Assembly (NCBI GenBank): GCA_051294905.1
Contig: CM119371.1
Coordinates: 3,412,001-3,476,000, forward strand
From: Botryllus schlosseri
Lineage: Eukaryota
Direction: 5' to 3'
DNA: 64,000 nt
Of this stretch, positions 25,992-38,868 are shown one piece after another. The notes below the pieces were generated by a model. It saw only the letters and a program-made list of their open reading frames with translations. It made no database searches and was not told where the DNA came from. The position numbers were made by a program, and so were the translations under genes. Position 1 is the stretch's first letter; every line of letters begins with the position of its first letter.

Positions 25992-28185
25992 TTTGAACCT
26001 CATCAGCATGTCTTTCGGAGATTGATGTTTGTAAGACTCCGACTGATCGGTTGAGATTGTCATGCAAATCTTTTGCGAAAGAAATTCTGAGCCACCGGAG
26101 GAACAGCCTTTCAATGAGATGTTATGTATGATGATCTTGTGATTGCAATACACTGTAATATAATCAGAAGTGGTTACATAAAGTAGAATCAGTAAACCTA
26201 TATATCTATATATAGCACAGTACCACCTATATTGATCTATTTCCTATAGTTTACAGGCAGAAATGGTCAAGTTGTCCTCGGAGTTTCTCAGGTAGAAGTA
26301 ACGTTATACATTTCTACTCGAGAACAATTAGAAGTTGCGATTTACAAGTAAGTTAAAGGGTAAATGCTAGGCTTGCCTAGAAAACTGAAAACGGTTCAAG
26401 TATACGTGCAAGTGGTCCAAAATCATAACCACTCGAGTAATTAGTGCTAGTATGCAAAACCTATTTGGGATTTGAGTATGAAAAATTAAAAAAGCTTGAT
26501 ACTGATCACCAATGCTAGCAGAGGGCCAGATTCAGTTTTATTTCGAGTCCAATCATAGCAATGGTTGTAGTTGTCTGTGCTTGAAGCGAGATGAAATATA
26601 TGATGAATATCGACTGTTACATCGGCATGATCAGCGAAGGTGGGAGTCATCAGTTTGATCGGCAGATGATGAAATATCCGATAACGGTCAGGCTTTAGTT
26701 CAGTGTTTCTCAACCGAGCGTCCGCGATAGCAACAAATTAGCAAAAATGGTTCATGGCCTAATTTGTATTTTTTTAATTAAAGAAATCACGCAGCATCTT
26801 CACTTCAGAACCGTATTATTACCACGAATTCCCCGATTGTATACTAGGAGTTAGTTTAGTAATCAGACGTGGTCAATGACAAAGTATTTCTACTTTTCGT
26901 CAGGGTTGTAACTAAGTCACATGGGTCCAGGTCAATCTCACTTTTATAGTTCTGACTCGAGTCAAGTCGAGTCATTTTGAATTCACCACCGACTCAAGTC
27001 CGAGTCATGTCAGCAAGCAGAGAATCGAGTCTGAGTCTTGATATTATGACTCGAGTCCGAGTCCAAGTCATTGCGTCAATTGATCAGTTTTCCGTTGCAG
27101 TATTGTTTAATTCAATTTTTATAACTGTTTAGTGATATCGATTGGTTCGAATTTATAATACGCTAATATATTTTCAACTTGTAACAGTTTTTGGTTTCAT
27201 TTTCAAGTACCCCTACCAATAGAAGAAATACCAATAGTGTGACTACTTTACTATTTTTCGAAATTACAATGAAATGTCCGACTCGGCAGCCTGAGTCTTA
27301 AGTCATATGGCTTTGACTCGAGTCATTAAACAGATTGACTCGAGTCGAGCCATTTCCGTACTTTGAGATATTGACTCGAGTCAAGTTGAGTCATCAGAAA
27401 ATCGCGACTAGAGTCATTACAGCCCTGATTTTGGTAATGCTCAAGTACTGGTAGGCTTGTCTAGTTACAATACCTACACAATCTGTTATGATTTTAGACT
27501 GCTTCCACTTGTACTTCACAGTTTCATGTAAAACCGGCCTACTGACTTCTCAACCACGATGATTTGTCAAGTAGAAGGAAGTTTGGGGAGGAGCTTGCGC
27601 AATTTTTTGAGCTACATTGGCATGACACGTGGGCGAAATACACATGCATCACAAACATAAAATATATTTCTGAAAATTGCACATAAGCCTAATGTCGCGT
27701 CATTTGTCATGCTACGTTACTCACGGAGATGCACATTAGGGTTGTCAAAAAATAAAACTTTTTTTTCTAAATCTCACTCCCATAATGACTAAATCGTCAG
27801 GTTGTCTAAGAAAACGATGCACACCAAATTTGACTCAATTCCAACCAGTAAAGGCCGTGCAATCTTGAATTGAAATTTTTAATTTACACCAGCCGTCCTT
27901 CGTGAACATCGTTAGACGTCTTGGGATCGTATTTCTTCGTGGACTTAACAACTAAAAGCAAACGAGAAATAAGACCAATCACAAACATCATGCGCTTGGA
28001 AGGCTGTTTTGCTGACCTGTAATGGGTGTAGCTATTTTGATAATGTTGCCAATTACGATATACTACTTGAATAGCAATATCTCGGAAACTATACCAAATT
28101 GAGAGACAAGGCGCTAATTTACGTTTGTATATATTCATATAACGTTTAATTGCATAAAATCTCAAGGCAGTTTCATGATATCTGG
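25992..28185 (-). pseudogene. RRM pseudogene unit 2 with linker exons
   Basis: Exon at 27951 (VVKSTKKYDPKTSNDVHEGR) parallels 24457 (VESKKKHACKTSHDGREVR); split by a MITE at 27737-27885, then resumes CISVSNVA*QMT...QFSEI; 28100-28185 matches 24590-24670. Confidence 0.55.
26901..27427. mobile_element. GACTCGAGTC-family hAT MITE
   Basis: TIR cagggttgtaa / ttacagccctg; flanks cttttcgt / attttggt. Confidence 0.85.
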
Positions 28186-28245
28186 AAAAATGGATATAAT
28201 AATTGTGGGGGATGTAGGCTATATAGCAGACAACAAGATAATAAA

Positions 28246-28813
28246 AAAGGGCTGTTCAGAAACATTTTTTTCTTCAAATATCATTAGCTTTGTGATAAAA
28301 CTTTTATGTTGGCGAAAACAACGTTGCACACCAAATTTTGCTCCATTCCAACCGGTAGAAGCAAGATTTTTGCAGTATAAAGTTTTGAATTTATCATATC
28401 AAAAATTAACAATAAAATTGTAAAATTATTCTGCCAACCCAGTAAAATTGTTACGCTGTCAGTAGAGATGATACACACGAAATTTGGCTCAATTCCAACC
28501 ACTAGAAGCGAAGTTATTGAGTAGAAAAATTTGGATTTAAACAAAATAGTAGGCCTATTTATGGTGGCTATTTCTTATAAAATCATGGAATTAGAAATTT
28601 TGCCACTGCAATAACTTCGCTTCTAGTGGTTGGAATTGAGCCGAATATTGTCTGTATCATCTGTACTGACAACCTAAACTTTCTACTGCAAGAATCTCCC
28701 TTTTACTCGTTGGAATTGAGTCAAATTTGGCGTGCAGAGTTGTTTTAGCCAACATAATAATTTTTTTCACGTAGTGAAATTTGAAGAAAAAAAAAAGTTT
28801 TTGAACAGCCCTA
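28246..28813. mobile_element. Fold-back MITE, TAGGGCTGTTC / TTCCAACCAGTAGAAG family
   Basis: gggctgttcagaaac ... ttgaacagcccta with inverted ttccaaccagtagaag motifs; other copies ~11640-11957, 38880-39080, 39500-39780, 41918-42500. Confidence 0.85.
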
Positions 28814-31332
28814 CTGGATATAGATTCAGACATTGATTGATACTATTCAGGTCGAATAATGTGATAGCTCAAGTTAGATTCGAGATAATACTCTCTAGTA
28901 GAGTTGAGATACTGGATACAATTGATGCTATTCATGTCAATTGGTGAAATAATTACTAGCAGAGTCAAGATGTCTTAAATGTGAATAGCTCTTGTAAATG
29001 TGTTCTGATCTAGAGAATCCTGATTGTTTTCACATGGCTATGCACTGCGTCATTATTACTGATTCAAAGCGGAGGCAGGAAATCATTCCAATAATTCAAA
29101 TTTTTCGTTGGCTTGAGCCAAGTCATTTACGTGAAAATGGACATGGCAAATGCCTCAATTTGACTGGAGACACTTCATGTATTGTACTCGAGTCATGGCG
29201 CATGATTCGACCAGCTCATATGACTCAAGGTATTCCACAGGACTCGATCCAAGTGTCACGTAACAAGTCGAAGAATTGTTTACGACTCGAGTCTACTTAT
29301 TACTAGTCTGAATTTGCTACTCTTCATTATCAGTTTACGAAAAATATGATTCTTGCAATTTTGAAAAATAATTACTGGTAAATTAGGACCAGAATCATGC
29401 GGCGAATGTATCAGTCTACTTATTATTACTACTGATAGACTTACTCTTCAGAACTACTTCATTTAAATATTACTTCAAGTCTTGTAATTGCTTAAAAATG
29501 AGCAGAAACACTTCGACTTCAATCGACAGATAGTGTAAAGCTAGAGCCCTGGTTGTAATGACTTGACCCGAGTCATCATCACCGAATTGGAATATAAATG
29601 ACTCAATTCAAGTTACTTTGTCTATTGACTCGAATTGAGTGATTTTCAAATTTTAAGAAAATAACCGTGGGTCATTCAAAAAAGTGCACACGTACCGTTT
29701 TGTGAATTTATTGAAAAGTTTGAGAACCACTAGGTTACAAGATCATAATTATAATGCGCGTTCAATGTCGATGTCAATGTCAATTGTGTCTTGAAAAGTA
29801 TGTCGCAGTATTAAACTCACCTAGTATGACAATTGAATTGACAATTGCTTGAAAGTTGCGAATTGCTTGAATCTGATCCATAGAAAGACCTTGTCTGTAA
29901 TGACAAAGAAAAGATACGTCGATTCCAAATCGACTCAAATTCAAACTTAACAGTTAACCAATGTGTTGAGACTTTTTGTTGCATACATAAGTAATCAAAT
30001 CGGCAGTGATGTCACTCTCATATCCGAGATCATTGATTTAGGGATAAAACAAAATCTGAACTTACCCATATAGTGCCTTTCAGCCTAATAGACATTGATG
30101 TTTGTCAGATTACATCTGATCGGTTAAGATTGCCGTACGAATGTCTTTATGTTCCAACTGATGAGCATCGGAGGAATAGGACTGAAAATGATATGTCATA
30201 TGATGATCTTCCATAGGCAAGGTCTCTATGAGAATAGGGAAGACATGAAAATTTGACAAGGTCATTTCAATTCCCATACACATGTTGTAGGTTAACATGC
30301 AAAAGGTATGAAATAATTGCATATTGGAGGGTGTGCGATCTGACTTCCTACAGACCGTGGTAGCGTACATTAGCACAGTGTATTCGAAGATTCAACACAC
30401 CATGAACAGCATGCATACAACACACAATTTAATTACATATAGTAATTTCATACACAGAATGTTACTTAGAAGTATCCACTGTGAGAACAGACTAACGGAA
30501 TATGTGACTTTTTGATTAAGGAAAACACTGATTCTTCATTTGTATGACGAACTTACACTCATTGAGTACCATGAGATGCAGTTCATCCATTTTTCAAGAT
30601 TCATTCCTACTTTACGTTTTTCTTGACGGTTAAAGAGAGACATCTGAAAATATTAGGTGCATTAAAGACGAATAGCTCTTTGCTGCTCTTATATAAATGT
30701 GCTCCGATTAAGAGGAGCACTGACTGCTTTCACATAGCTATGTACTGCCTTATTAATACCGATTTGAAGTGGAGAAAAGAAATGATTCACATAATTGAAA
30801 TTTTTTGTCAACTTGACTTGAGTTGAGTCATCTTCATGGAAAATGGAAATGGAAAATGATTCGATTCAACTTGAGACACTTTATGTGTGGTGTCAACTTG
30901 TAGGCCTACTACAGTCATTGCGCAAGTCTCAATGAAGTCATATGACTCAAACATTATATACAACTTGATTGAAGTCTCGTGTATCAGGATCAATACTTGA
31001 CTCTGCGACTCAAGTCAAGACGAGTCAAGTCATGACTCGATTTATTACAAGCCTGAATGTAGCCACCGTATTGTCATAAAAGGATATTGTTACGAAAATC
31101 TTGTCTATCCGCGTTTCTGTTGCTCATTATCAGTTAGGCCTACTCAAAAAGATGATTCTTGCCATTTTAAATGCTAGTACTGGGAAATTATTACCAAAAG
31201 CCTGCGTCTCATTCAGACAATCTATTTGGTAAAACAACTTATACTCAAGTACTCATCAGAACTTCTAATTTTGAATATTACTTCAAGTAGTTGTAACAAG
31301 TCTCAAATCACACATAATTGATGAGAAATTAA

Positions 31333-31539
31333 GAGGTCGACTTCAGACTTCCTACCAAGTGTCGGAGATTTATCTAGGCTCCCCCTTGTCATATCATCTG
31401 TGTAAGCAGTGTCTTATAAAAGCCCAGACGCGGGCCGTGCTACAAGTCGGCAGCTAAAGGATAGAAATGAAGAAAATTGGCCTGGTTTTAATGAGACCAT
31501 GGTAGTCAACAAACACCATGAACACCACAAACAACAACA
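31333..31539 (+). mobile_element. 5'-truncated SINE (same family as 12595-12830)
   Basis: Shared gaggtcgact, atttatctagg, agtcggcagcta and caccacaaacaacaac; absent from the paralogous site near 29500. Confidence 0.7.
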
Positions 31540-31674
31540 TAATTACTTCTACTTCAACCACAAGATAGTGCAAGGCTAGAGCTAGAGCTAGAAACTGTGT
31601 TTACCTGTAGTCATACACATGTTAGGAGTGAAAAGAATGAGTATATCATGGTTTTTACTGGTGCTGCCAACAAC

Positions 31675-32231
31675 CAGTGTTGGGATGACTCGAGTCACTT
31701 TTTTCGTATGACTTGACTTGACTTGGCGTGTCAGAAATGTGGTTTGACTCGTGACTCGGAGAAAAGGTTTCGAGTCAATTTCAAGTCATCAAGTAACAGT
31801 GTCAATAAAAATGGCTGATCTAGCATATATTCGAATTGTTCTCGATACGCTGGTGTGACATGTAAGAGTGAGCAATCCCTATTTTGAATGATAATAATAG
31901 ATTGAGGCTATACGGTTATTTGAGTAGTTCGTCAGTTGTACGCATGCTTGGGCGATACGAAGCCTTTTTTTACATGTATTTTAAACTAGGTATAGTCGTC
32001 CCACGGTTCCAAACTAATGGCAACTTCCAAACAGCTACCGGTATCAAAATGCGATGACGCAATTATGCTTCGTACTTCAAAAAATCAACTTGAATTGAAC
32101 TATGACTTGACTCGTGACTTGACTTAACTCGAGCCACCTTTAAAAATAGGATGACTTGACTTGACTCGAGTCAAATGTCAATGACTTGATATGACTCGTG
32201 ACTCGAAGGTGGTGACTTGGTTCAAACACTG
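31675..32231. mobile_element. hAT MITE (CAGTGTTGGG TIR, GACTTGACTC motifs)
   Basis: Ends cagtgttggga / tcaaacactg; flanks ccaacaac / cccacaac; empty paralogous site at ~25925. Confidence 0.85.
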
Positions 32232-34235
32232 CCCACAACACGCCACTATTCGGATCTGAAATCATGGATTTGCCAAAATAATGTAATTATTAATTTACTC
32301 ACTTTTCACCTCCTCGTGTGTCAGTTGAACATTTATGTTTGTCAGATTCCGACTGAACGGTTGAGATTGTCATGCAAACGTCTTTCACGAAAGAAATTTA
32401 GATGTATCGGAAGAACAGCCTCTCAAATGAGATGTTATGTACAATGATATTCTGATGGCAATCCACTGTAATAAAAGCAAGAGTTGTTGCATAAAGTAGA
32501 TTCAATAAATGTAGCCGTCTATAGAAAGCACAGCAGCCGACCATATTCATCTATTTTCTATAGTCACAGGCTGAAATGGTCAGGTTTTCCTCAGTGTTAC
32601 TCAGATAGAAGTAACATCATACGTTTCTACTCAATTACAATTTACAAGTAACTTGAAAGACAAATGCCAGTTTTGCCAGAAAAATGAAAACTGTTCAGGT
32701 AGAAGTGTAAGTAGTCCTAAATCATAACAACTCGAGTACGGTAATTAGTACTAGTATGCAAAACTTATTGGAGATTTAGGTACTTTAAAAAAAAATTAAA
32801 TGACTTCATTACTGACCACCAACTGCTTGCAGAGGACCTGATTTGATTTTCTAGTTTATTTCACGTCCAAGCTTAGCAATGGATGTGTGTGCTTGAAGCG
32901 GGATGAAATATATTTTGAGCATCGCCGGCTACATCGGAACGATCAGCAAAGGTTTAGTTATCGGTATGAGGGATAGTTTATGAGATATCCGGTAATAGTC
33001 AGGCTCTAGTTCAACACACAATGGCAGGGGGCAGACTAGTACACCATACTCAACCAACCATTGGACCGGGAACTAATTAATTTTTAAAACAAGCAGCTAT
33101 AACTACTTATTTTCAAAACTACTAACTGGAGTTACTCATTTTTCAAAATTCGCTATTAGAAATAGAAATTCATTACTCAATTTTTAACAATTAGCAACTT
33201 GAGTTGGAACTACGCTATTTTTAAAATCCGTCACTAGAACTAGAACTACTTATTTTTCAAAACTAGCAATTAGAAATTGGAAGTACTCAAGTTTTCAAAA
33301 CAAGTAACTAGAAATAGAAGTATAATCAGTCAAATTTTTGAAAATTAGCAACTCGAGATAAAACCAGAACTCCGATCTTTTCAAAATCCGTAGCTAGAAC
33401 TAGGACTGGCTACTAGGGTGGAGTGAAAAATGGAAAATTTTGAATTTTAAAACGAACACTTGATATGTGGTGTCAAATAGAAAAAAAATCTATAATAATT
33501 TTGGGCTCGTGCACCCTCTAGTTGTCGAAATTGACTAGACTTTACTATAGTCAATCTGTATAATGACTCAGTTTAAACGCGAATCATTGCGCATGACTCT
33601 GACAAAGTGATATGACTCGAGTCTGAAACGGCCAAGACCAACTTACCATTGCAATTTCGAAGAATAGTGAAGTAACCACAGTGTTGGTATTTCATCAATT
33701 GCTACTGGTACTTGAAAGTGCAATCTGAAACTGTACAAAACGCGAAAATCAGTTTATATGTTTTAAATGTTAACCATTCAATATCACCAGATATCGTTAT
33801 AAAAAGTACTTTTAACAAGACTAAATCGAAACTGAGCAGTCAACGCAATGACTTCGACTCGGACTCGAGTCATAATATCATGACTTGGACTTGACCCTCT
33901 GCTCGTTGACTTGGACTCGGAATGACTCGATGGTGAATTAAAAATGACTCGACTTGACTCGAGTTGAAACTATAAAAGTAAGATTGACTTGTGACTCGGA
34001 GCCAGTATGGTTGTCACTAAATGATTAAGAACTTCAACGTCACAAGATTTGAAAATAAGATCAGACTACAGCTTCAATGACTAAATCTACTTACTCAACC
34101 TTGTAAATTGTGAATGTAACACTCACACACATACCTACACACAATCCCGAAGCCTGTACAATACATAAACAGACAACGTCAGCACCACCATACCGACAAG
34201 TTTGTGCTGAATATTGAATATTGGCTCTCACGTAC

Positions 34236-37090
34236 CTGGTCATAGGAGGTCGAGACACAAATTACTCTTGTCCTCCTTTTGATTCTTTAGTTTCTTCTGT
34301 TGAAACACATTGATAGCTTTGAATCTCACTCCCGTTCATGATCTTGCCCTGAAACAATTCCCAAACACACAGTTGCAGCCAGATTTATGCATACTATGAA
34401 TCTAGTCAGTCGACGGTCATTAACTACTGGTTATCCCATAGTTCTAGTTCTAGTTACAATTTTTTTTTTAATGCGAGTAGTTCTAGTTGCATTACGGAAT
34501 AAGTTAGTTGCGAAACTATAAAACGCGTGTCACCGTTCTGTGAATCGTGAAATCGGTGTTCTATTGTGCGTTGTTCTTGCATTGCTAGCTAAGAGTCATC
34601 ACTACTAACAGTGGTTAAGCCCGGTGGTGGGTTTTGATTCACGGAACCCCTTTCCTCGCAAGCTCGATATCCTGGCCTTTTGTAATGCCGAATCTATCTC
34701 CAATATTTCTTAGGTTGTTTGTGATTCAGTAATTTGTATTATCCATTATTAGTCAGCTCTGTTTTAGTTAGTTGGTTTCAAGTTATCAAAGATAGTTAGT
34801 TCTATAAAATATAGTCTAGTTGTGGTTGCGAATTTTGGAAAATGAGTACCGTACAGATTTTACAAATTCAATAGTTAGTAAACGTCTTGTTCCAGCGCTG
34901 TAACAGTGGATTGAAAGTACCACTTAGCATGGACGCATATACATTAGTGCGGAGCATGGACCGGAGCCGGGTTGGATAACCGGCCGGATTTTTTTAATTT
35001 TGGTTGGACCGGATCGGAGCCGGATCAGTACTTCTTTGATAAGGCCATAATCTCTATGGATAAGCATGACGTTTGTAACTAAATAACTATCAACCAACAA
35101 CACGCAAGTAACCGCCAAGCCAGTGTGAAAAGAAACGAGCTAATTCAGTAATTTGTATTATTATCAGTTGTTAGTTAGTTGTTTTTTAGTTGGTACGGCA
35201 TCAGATTTTCAAGTGTCGTTAGTTCTAGATCTGATTGAAGTAGCAAGTTTTGCGAAGTGAGTACAGATTTTGGACATCCAGTAGTTTGTACAAGTCTGGT
35301 TATGGCGCCAGAATTATGGTTTAAAAGTAAGCATGGACGTATCTACCCACGTTTTTCTTACCATTCAGCGAGTCGATACAATTTGGTCTGTAATTGGACG
35401 AGAGCACACCCCTTACACTTGCCAATGGAGGAATTGATGGAGATCTGAATACAAGATGTCAAAGTGACAGCAACATATTGAAATATACGAATACGTGCTG
35501 CAAAACAATGAACATGTATCTGATCACCATACGTACAATGCATTTAATATAGAAAAGGAAGCATCAAGTTTCTCATTGAATTAACTCTTTATATTGGTTT
35601 TCGACTTCCACGCAATTGCCGTTAACACACATTGAGTTCATTTTGATTTTTGGATGACGGATATTGATCAGTGATCGGTAAATTGTGGGTTGTGACTCCA
35701 AGCGGGGTCACCTAAACTATTTGTGGGGTCGCAATGACTTGATGTCGTTCAAGTCAGGTAGATTCGTATATTAACTATCATCAAATTTCCTTCACTTTAT
35801 CATATTTCTCAGTGGGTCGGACTGATACTGATATGCCAACGTTTGTATATTGAGGCATAATTATCCATAGAGAGAGAGAGAGAAAGTCTTTATTTTTCAT
35901 CGAACCAAAATACATAACAAACGGCAGTGATGGTGGTACAGAAAATATGCGTGCACAGTATTCGGTATTAGATAGGAATGATCGATAAGACCGTGAAGGT
36001 CATCTAGTCTGATCACACCAGCATCAAACAGGTACACTTGACTCAGAACAGTCTGGCTGTAAAAAAGTGTTCAGTTAGGAAAGGGAAATAGAAAAAAAAT
36101 GAAGCAATGGTAGCAAATGATCAATGAAGCAATGTCTGGGCGGGGTAGGGCAACAGTGTTAGTGTAACGACAAGAGGTGATCAAGTAGGGCTTTTTTGAA
36201 TCTATTATAAGGCAATTCACGTATATGTGATGGTAATGCATTCCAGATGATAGGCCCCGAGTAGTCGATAGATCTCTTAGTTAGGTTGCTATTGGGTTGG
36301 GGTAAGTAGACGTTTCCTTTAGACGAAGATCTCGTGAAATGGGAATGGACATGTTTAGCAGGTATGAAAAAGTCATCAAACACAGGAGGGAGACTATTGG
36401 AAAAATATTTGTGAACAACTTTTGATACTTCGAAGCGATACAGTTCATCAACTCGCAAAATTCGGTGCTTACGGTAGTAAGGCGATAAATTGGTACGTAA
36501 AGGTACAGATGAGATCAGCCGTATCGCACGGTTTTGCAGGGTTCGAATTCTGCACAAAAATGTTGTACATGCATTTCCCCATACTACGATTCCATATTGC
36601 AGATGCGAGTGGAAAAGAGAGAAGTAGATGGTTCGTAGTACTGATCTGGAAACCAAAGATTGGAGACGGGTCATTATTCCCACATAGAGACAATTTTCAA
36701 GCTGTGATTTGTGAGCGTGTTTGTGAAAGCACGGGCTGTTGTAATGGCTTTGTGCAGAAGAGAGATAAATGTGATATTTTGCATCATTCGCTCATGGCTG
36801 ATGAACTAGAGTTGTTCAAGATACAGATGAATAGCTTCGCGCAGCAAAGAGGCAAATGGAGTGGAACATGGCGTTATTGAAAAATTATTACGTTAGTTCT
36901 CGGAAAAACAGATACGGGCAAAAAATAGCTACGGCGAAAAATAATTAGTGGATAATCTTGCACGGCTTCTATGAGGGAATTTGGCATGACAACAAGGAAA
37001 ACAACCTGGCATCACCGATACTAACTTTATTTTTGAAAATTGCAGATTCTGTCACTTCATTTCACGTTTCTCGCGGAGATGTGTCTGTAA
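34236..37090 (-). pseudogene. RRM pseudogene unit 3 (exons ~37090-36980, 35444-35362, 34348-34236), LINE in an intron
   Basis: SIGKCKGCALVQLQT/NCIDSLN (RNP1, frameshifted); GKIMNGSEIQSYQCV with in-frame stop; 36980-37090 matches 27615-27735. Confidence 0.65.
35874..36682 (-). mobile_element. 5'-truncated CR1/L2-group LINE
   Basis: 174-aa open RT C-terminus (LRTIYFSLFHSHLQYGIVVWG...); near-identical to 14073-14815; catagaga on both flanks. Confidence 0.93.
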
Positions 37091-37658
37091 TTGCGAAAAT
37101 TACTTCTATTAATTATAAGTGACACCTCCAATAAATCTACTTTTTTCAACTACTACTCAATCAAGTAATTTTAAGACGTTTCCATTTCTACTTCCACTAC
37201 ACAATAACTACTATGACTTTATGATGTAAGTAAGGCGACGGCGGCTTGGCAATGGAGAAGGATATTCTTGTTAACTCTAATCTATGGATAAGTATGACGT
37301 TTGTAACTAAATAACTACCAACCAACAACACGCAAGTAACCGCCAAGCCAGTGCGAAAAGAAACGAGCTATATTTTTAAATTCATGGAACCACCGTACCG
37401 TGTTAGGTCGGATTTCCAGCAGGACTTTTTAATTTTTGGCCGGAGCCGGATCAGTACTTTTTCCTGATACGGCCAGAGCCGGATCAGAGCCGGACCAGAG
37501 AATTGACAAACCGGATCGGAGTCTTCAAATTTTTTTTTTCAAATTCAACTGACTACATGATATAGTTGTTAGTTTGGCTATAAAAACTCACTACACTAAA
37601 CTTGGTTTAATACCAATCAGTAGCCGCGTTGCTACAAGAGATTAAAGATTTGGATATA

Positions 37659-38245
37659 GGCTAATTCCATTATAATTCAACAGGGGCTGTAATGCATACC
37701 CTCAGAATTGTCCAATATTTACAAATGTTTTTTTTTTTTTAATTCCAAGTTTATTAAAAAAAAAATGAAAAATGTTCAGCGGTTCAAAAGATATTGCGAT
37801 TTAAAATCCTCACGTCACTAGGTGGCGCTACTTTCAAAAATCTTTGAAATCGATATTTTTCGCTTAAATGATGGTAGAGAACCAATTAAAATGTCCATTT
37901 AACCAATTCTGGGGCCAAGAAATTCAATAAAACCAACTGTTTCGCCCTAAACTCAATGAAAAAAAAGTTACGGATGAAAATAAAAATGGGGGGGACGGGC
38001 TTGAAAATGTCTGTAGGATACGGGCTACACAAAAAAAATTCTTGTGAAATGTTCTTTTAAGTTGATAAAAAGCTTGATTTTAAATTTCACATTTATTCCA
38101 CAATGAAATATGCATCACATAAGAATTTCATGGTCCCAACCCATATCCCTGCTCACCATATATGTAACATATGTAAATATTGGACAATTCTGAGAGTATG
38201 CATTACAAATCTCAAAAAATCTGCTGAATTATAATGGAATTAGCC
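37659..38245. mobile_element. MITE with ~60-bp TIRs, superfamily unresolved
   Basis: ggctaattccattataattca / tgaattataatggaattagcc and inverted cagaattgtccaatatttaca; tata on both sides. Confidence 0.85.
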
Positions 38246-38298
38246 TATAGCCTAATATATAAAAATTAAATATTTTTTTTTCAATACTTTCTGATCAC

Positions 38299-38868
38299 CA
38301 GGGTTGTAACCAAGTCACAAGGCTCCGAGTCACAAGTCAATCTCAGTTTTATAGTTTTGACTCGAGTCAAGTCGAGTCATTTCAATTCACCACAGAGTCA
38401 AGTCCTATTCCAAGTCAGCGAGCAGAGTGCCGAGTCCCAGTCATGGAATTATGACTCGAGTCCTAGTCTAAGTCATTGTGTTGACTGCTCAGTTTCCAGT
38501 TGAAGTCTTGGTAAACCCACTTTTTATAGCTCTGTTAGGTGATATCGAATGGTTCGCATTTATAATATGCCAATATTCGTCACTTTCAGCAGTTTATGGT
38601 CGCATTTTCAATACGAAATCCCAATAGTGTGTTGGCTTCAGAATTACAATGAAATATCGGTCTTGGCCGTCTGAGTCTCGAGTCAATGACTTGGTTCGAG
38701 TCATGCGCAATGACTCGAGTCCAAGTCGAGTTAGTACACAGAATGACTCGAGTCGAGTCGAGTCATTTCCGTATTTTGAAAAAATGGCTCGAGTCAAGTC
38801 GAGTCATCAGAAAATCGTGAGTCGAGTCGGACTCGAGTCGAGTCATGACTCGAGTCATTACAACTCTG
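38299..38868. mobile_element. Intact GACTCGAGTC-family hAT MITE
   Basis: TIR cagggttgtaa / ttacaactctg; perfect TSD ctgatcac. Other copies ~22850-23312, 33540-34010. Confidence 0.92.

Larger units (their letters stand above)
28980..33010. repeat. Local tandem duplication (28980-30240 vs 30670-32480; 31585-33010 vs 25836-26700)
   Basis: Collinear matches including a pseudo-exon in three copies (~26150-25992, ~30225-30066, ~32466-32303), each ending in a GTRAGT donor. Confidence 0.8.

Noticed and set aside
36422..36880. 152-aa plus-strand ORF
   Set aside because: Largely antisense to LINE ORF2 and crosses the insertion junction.
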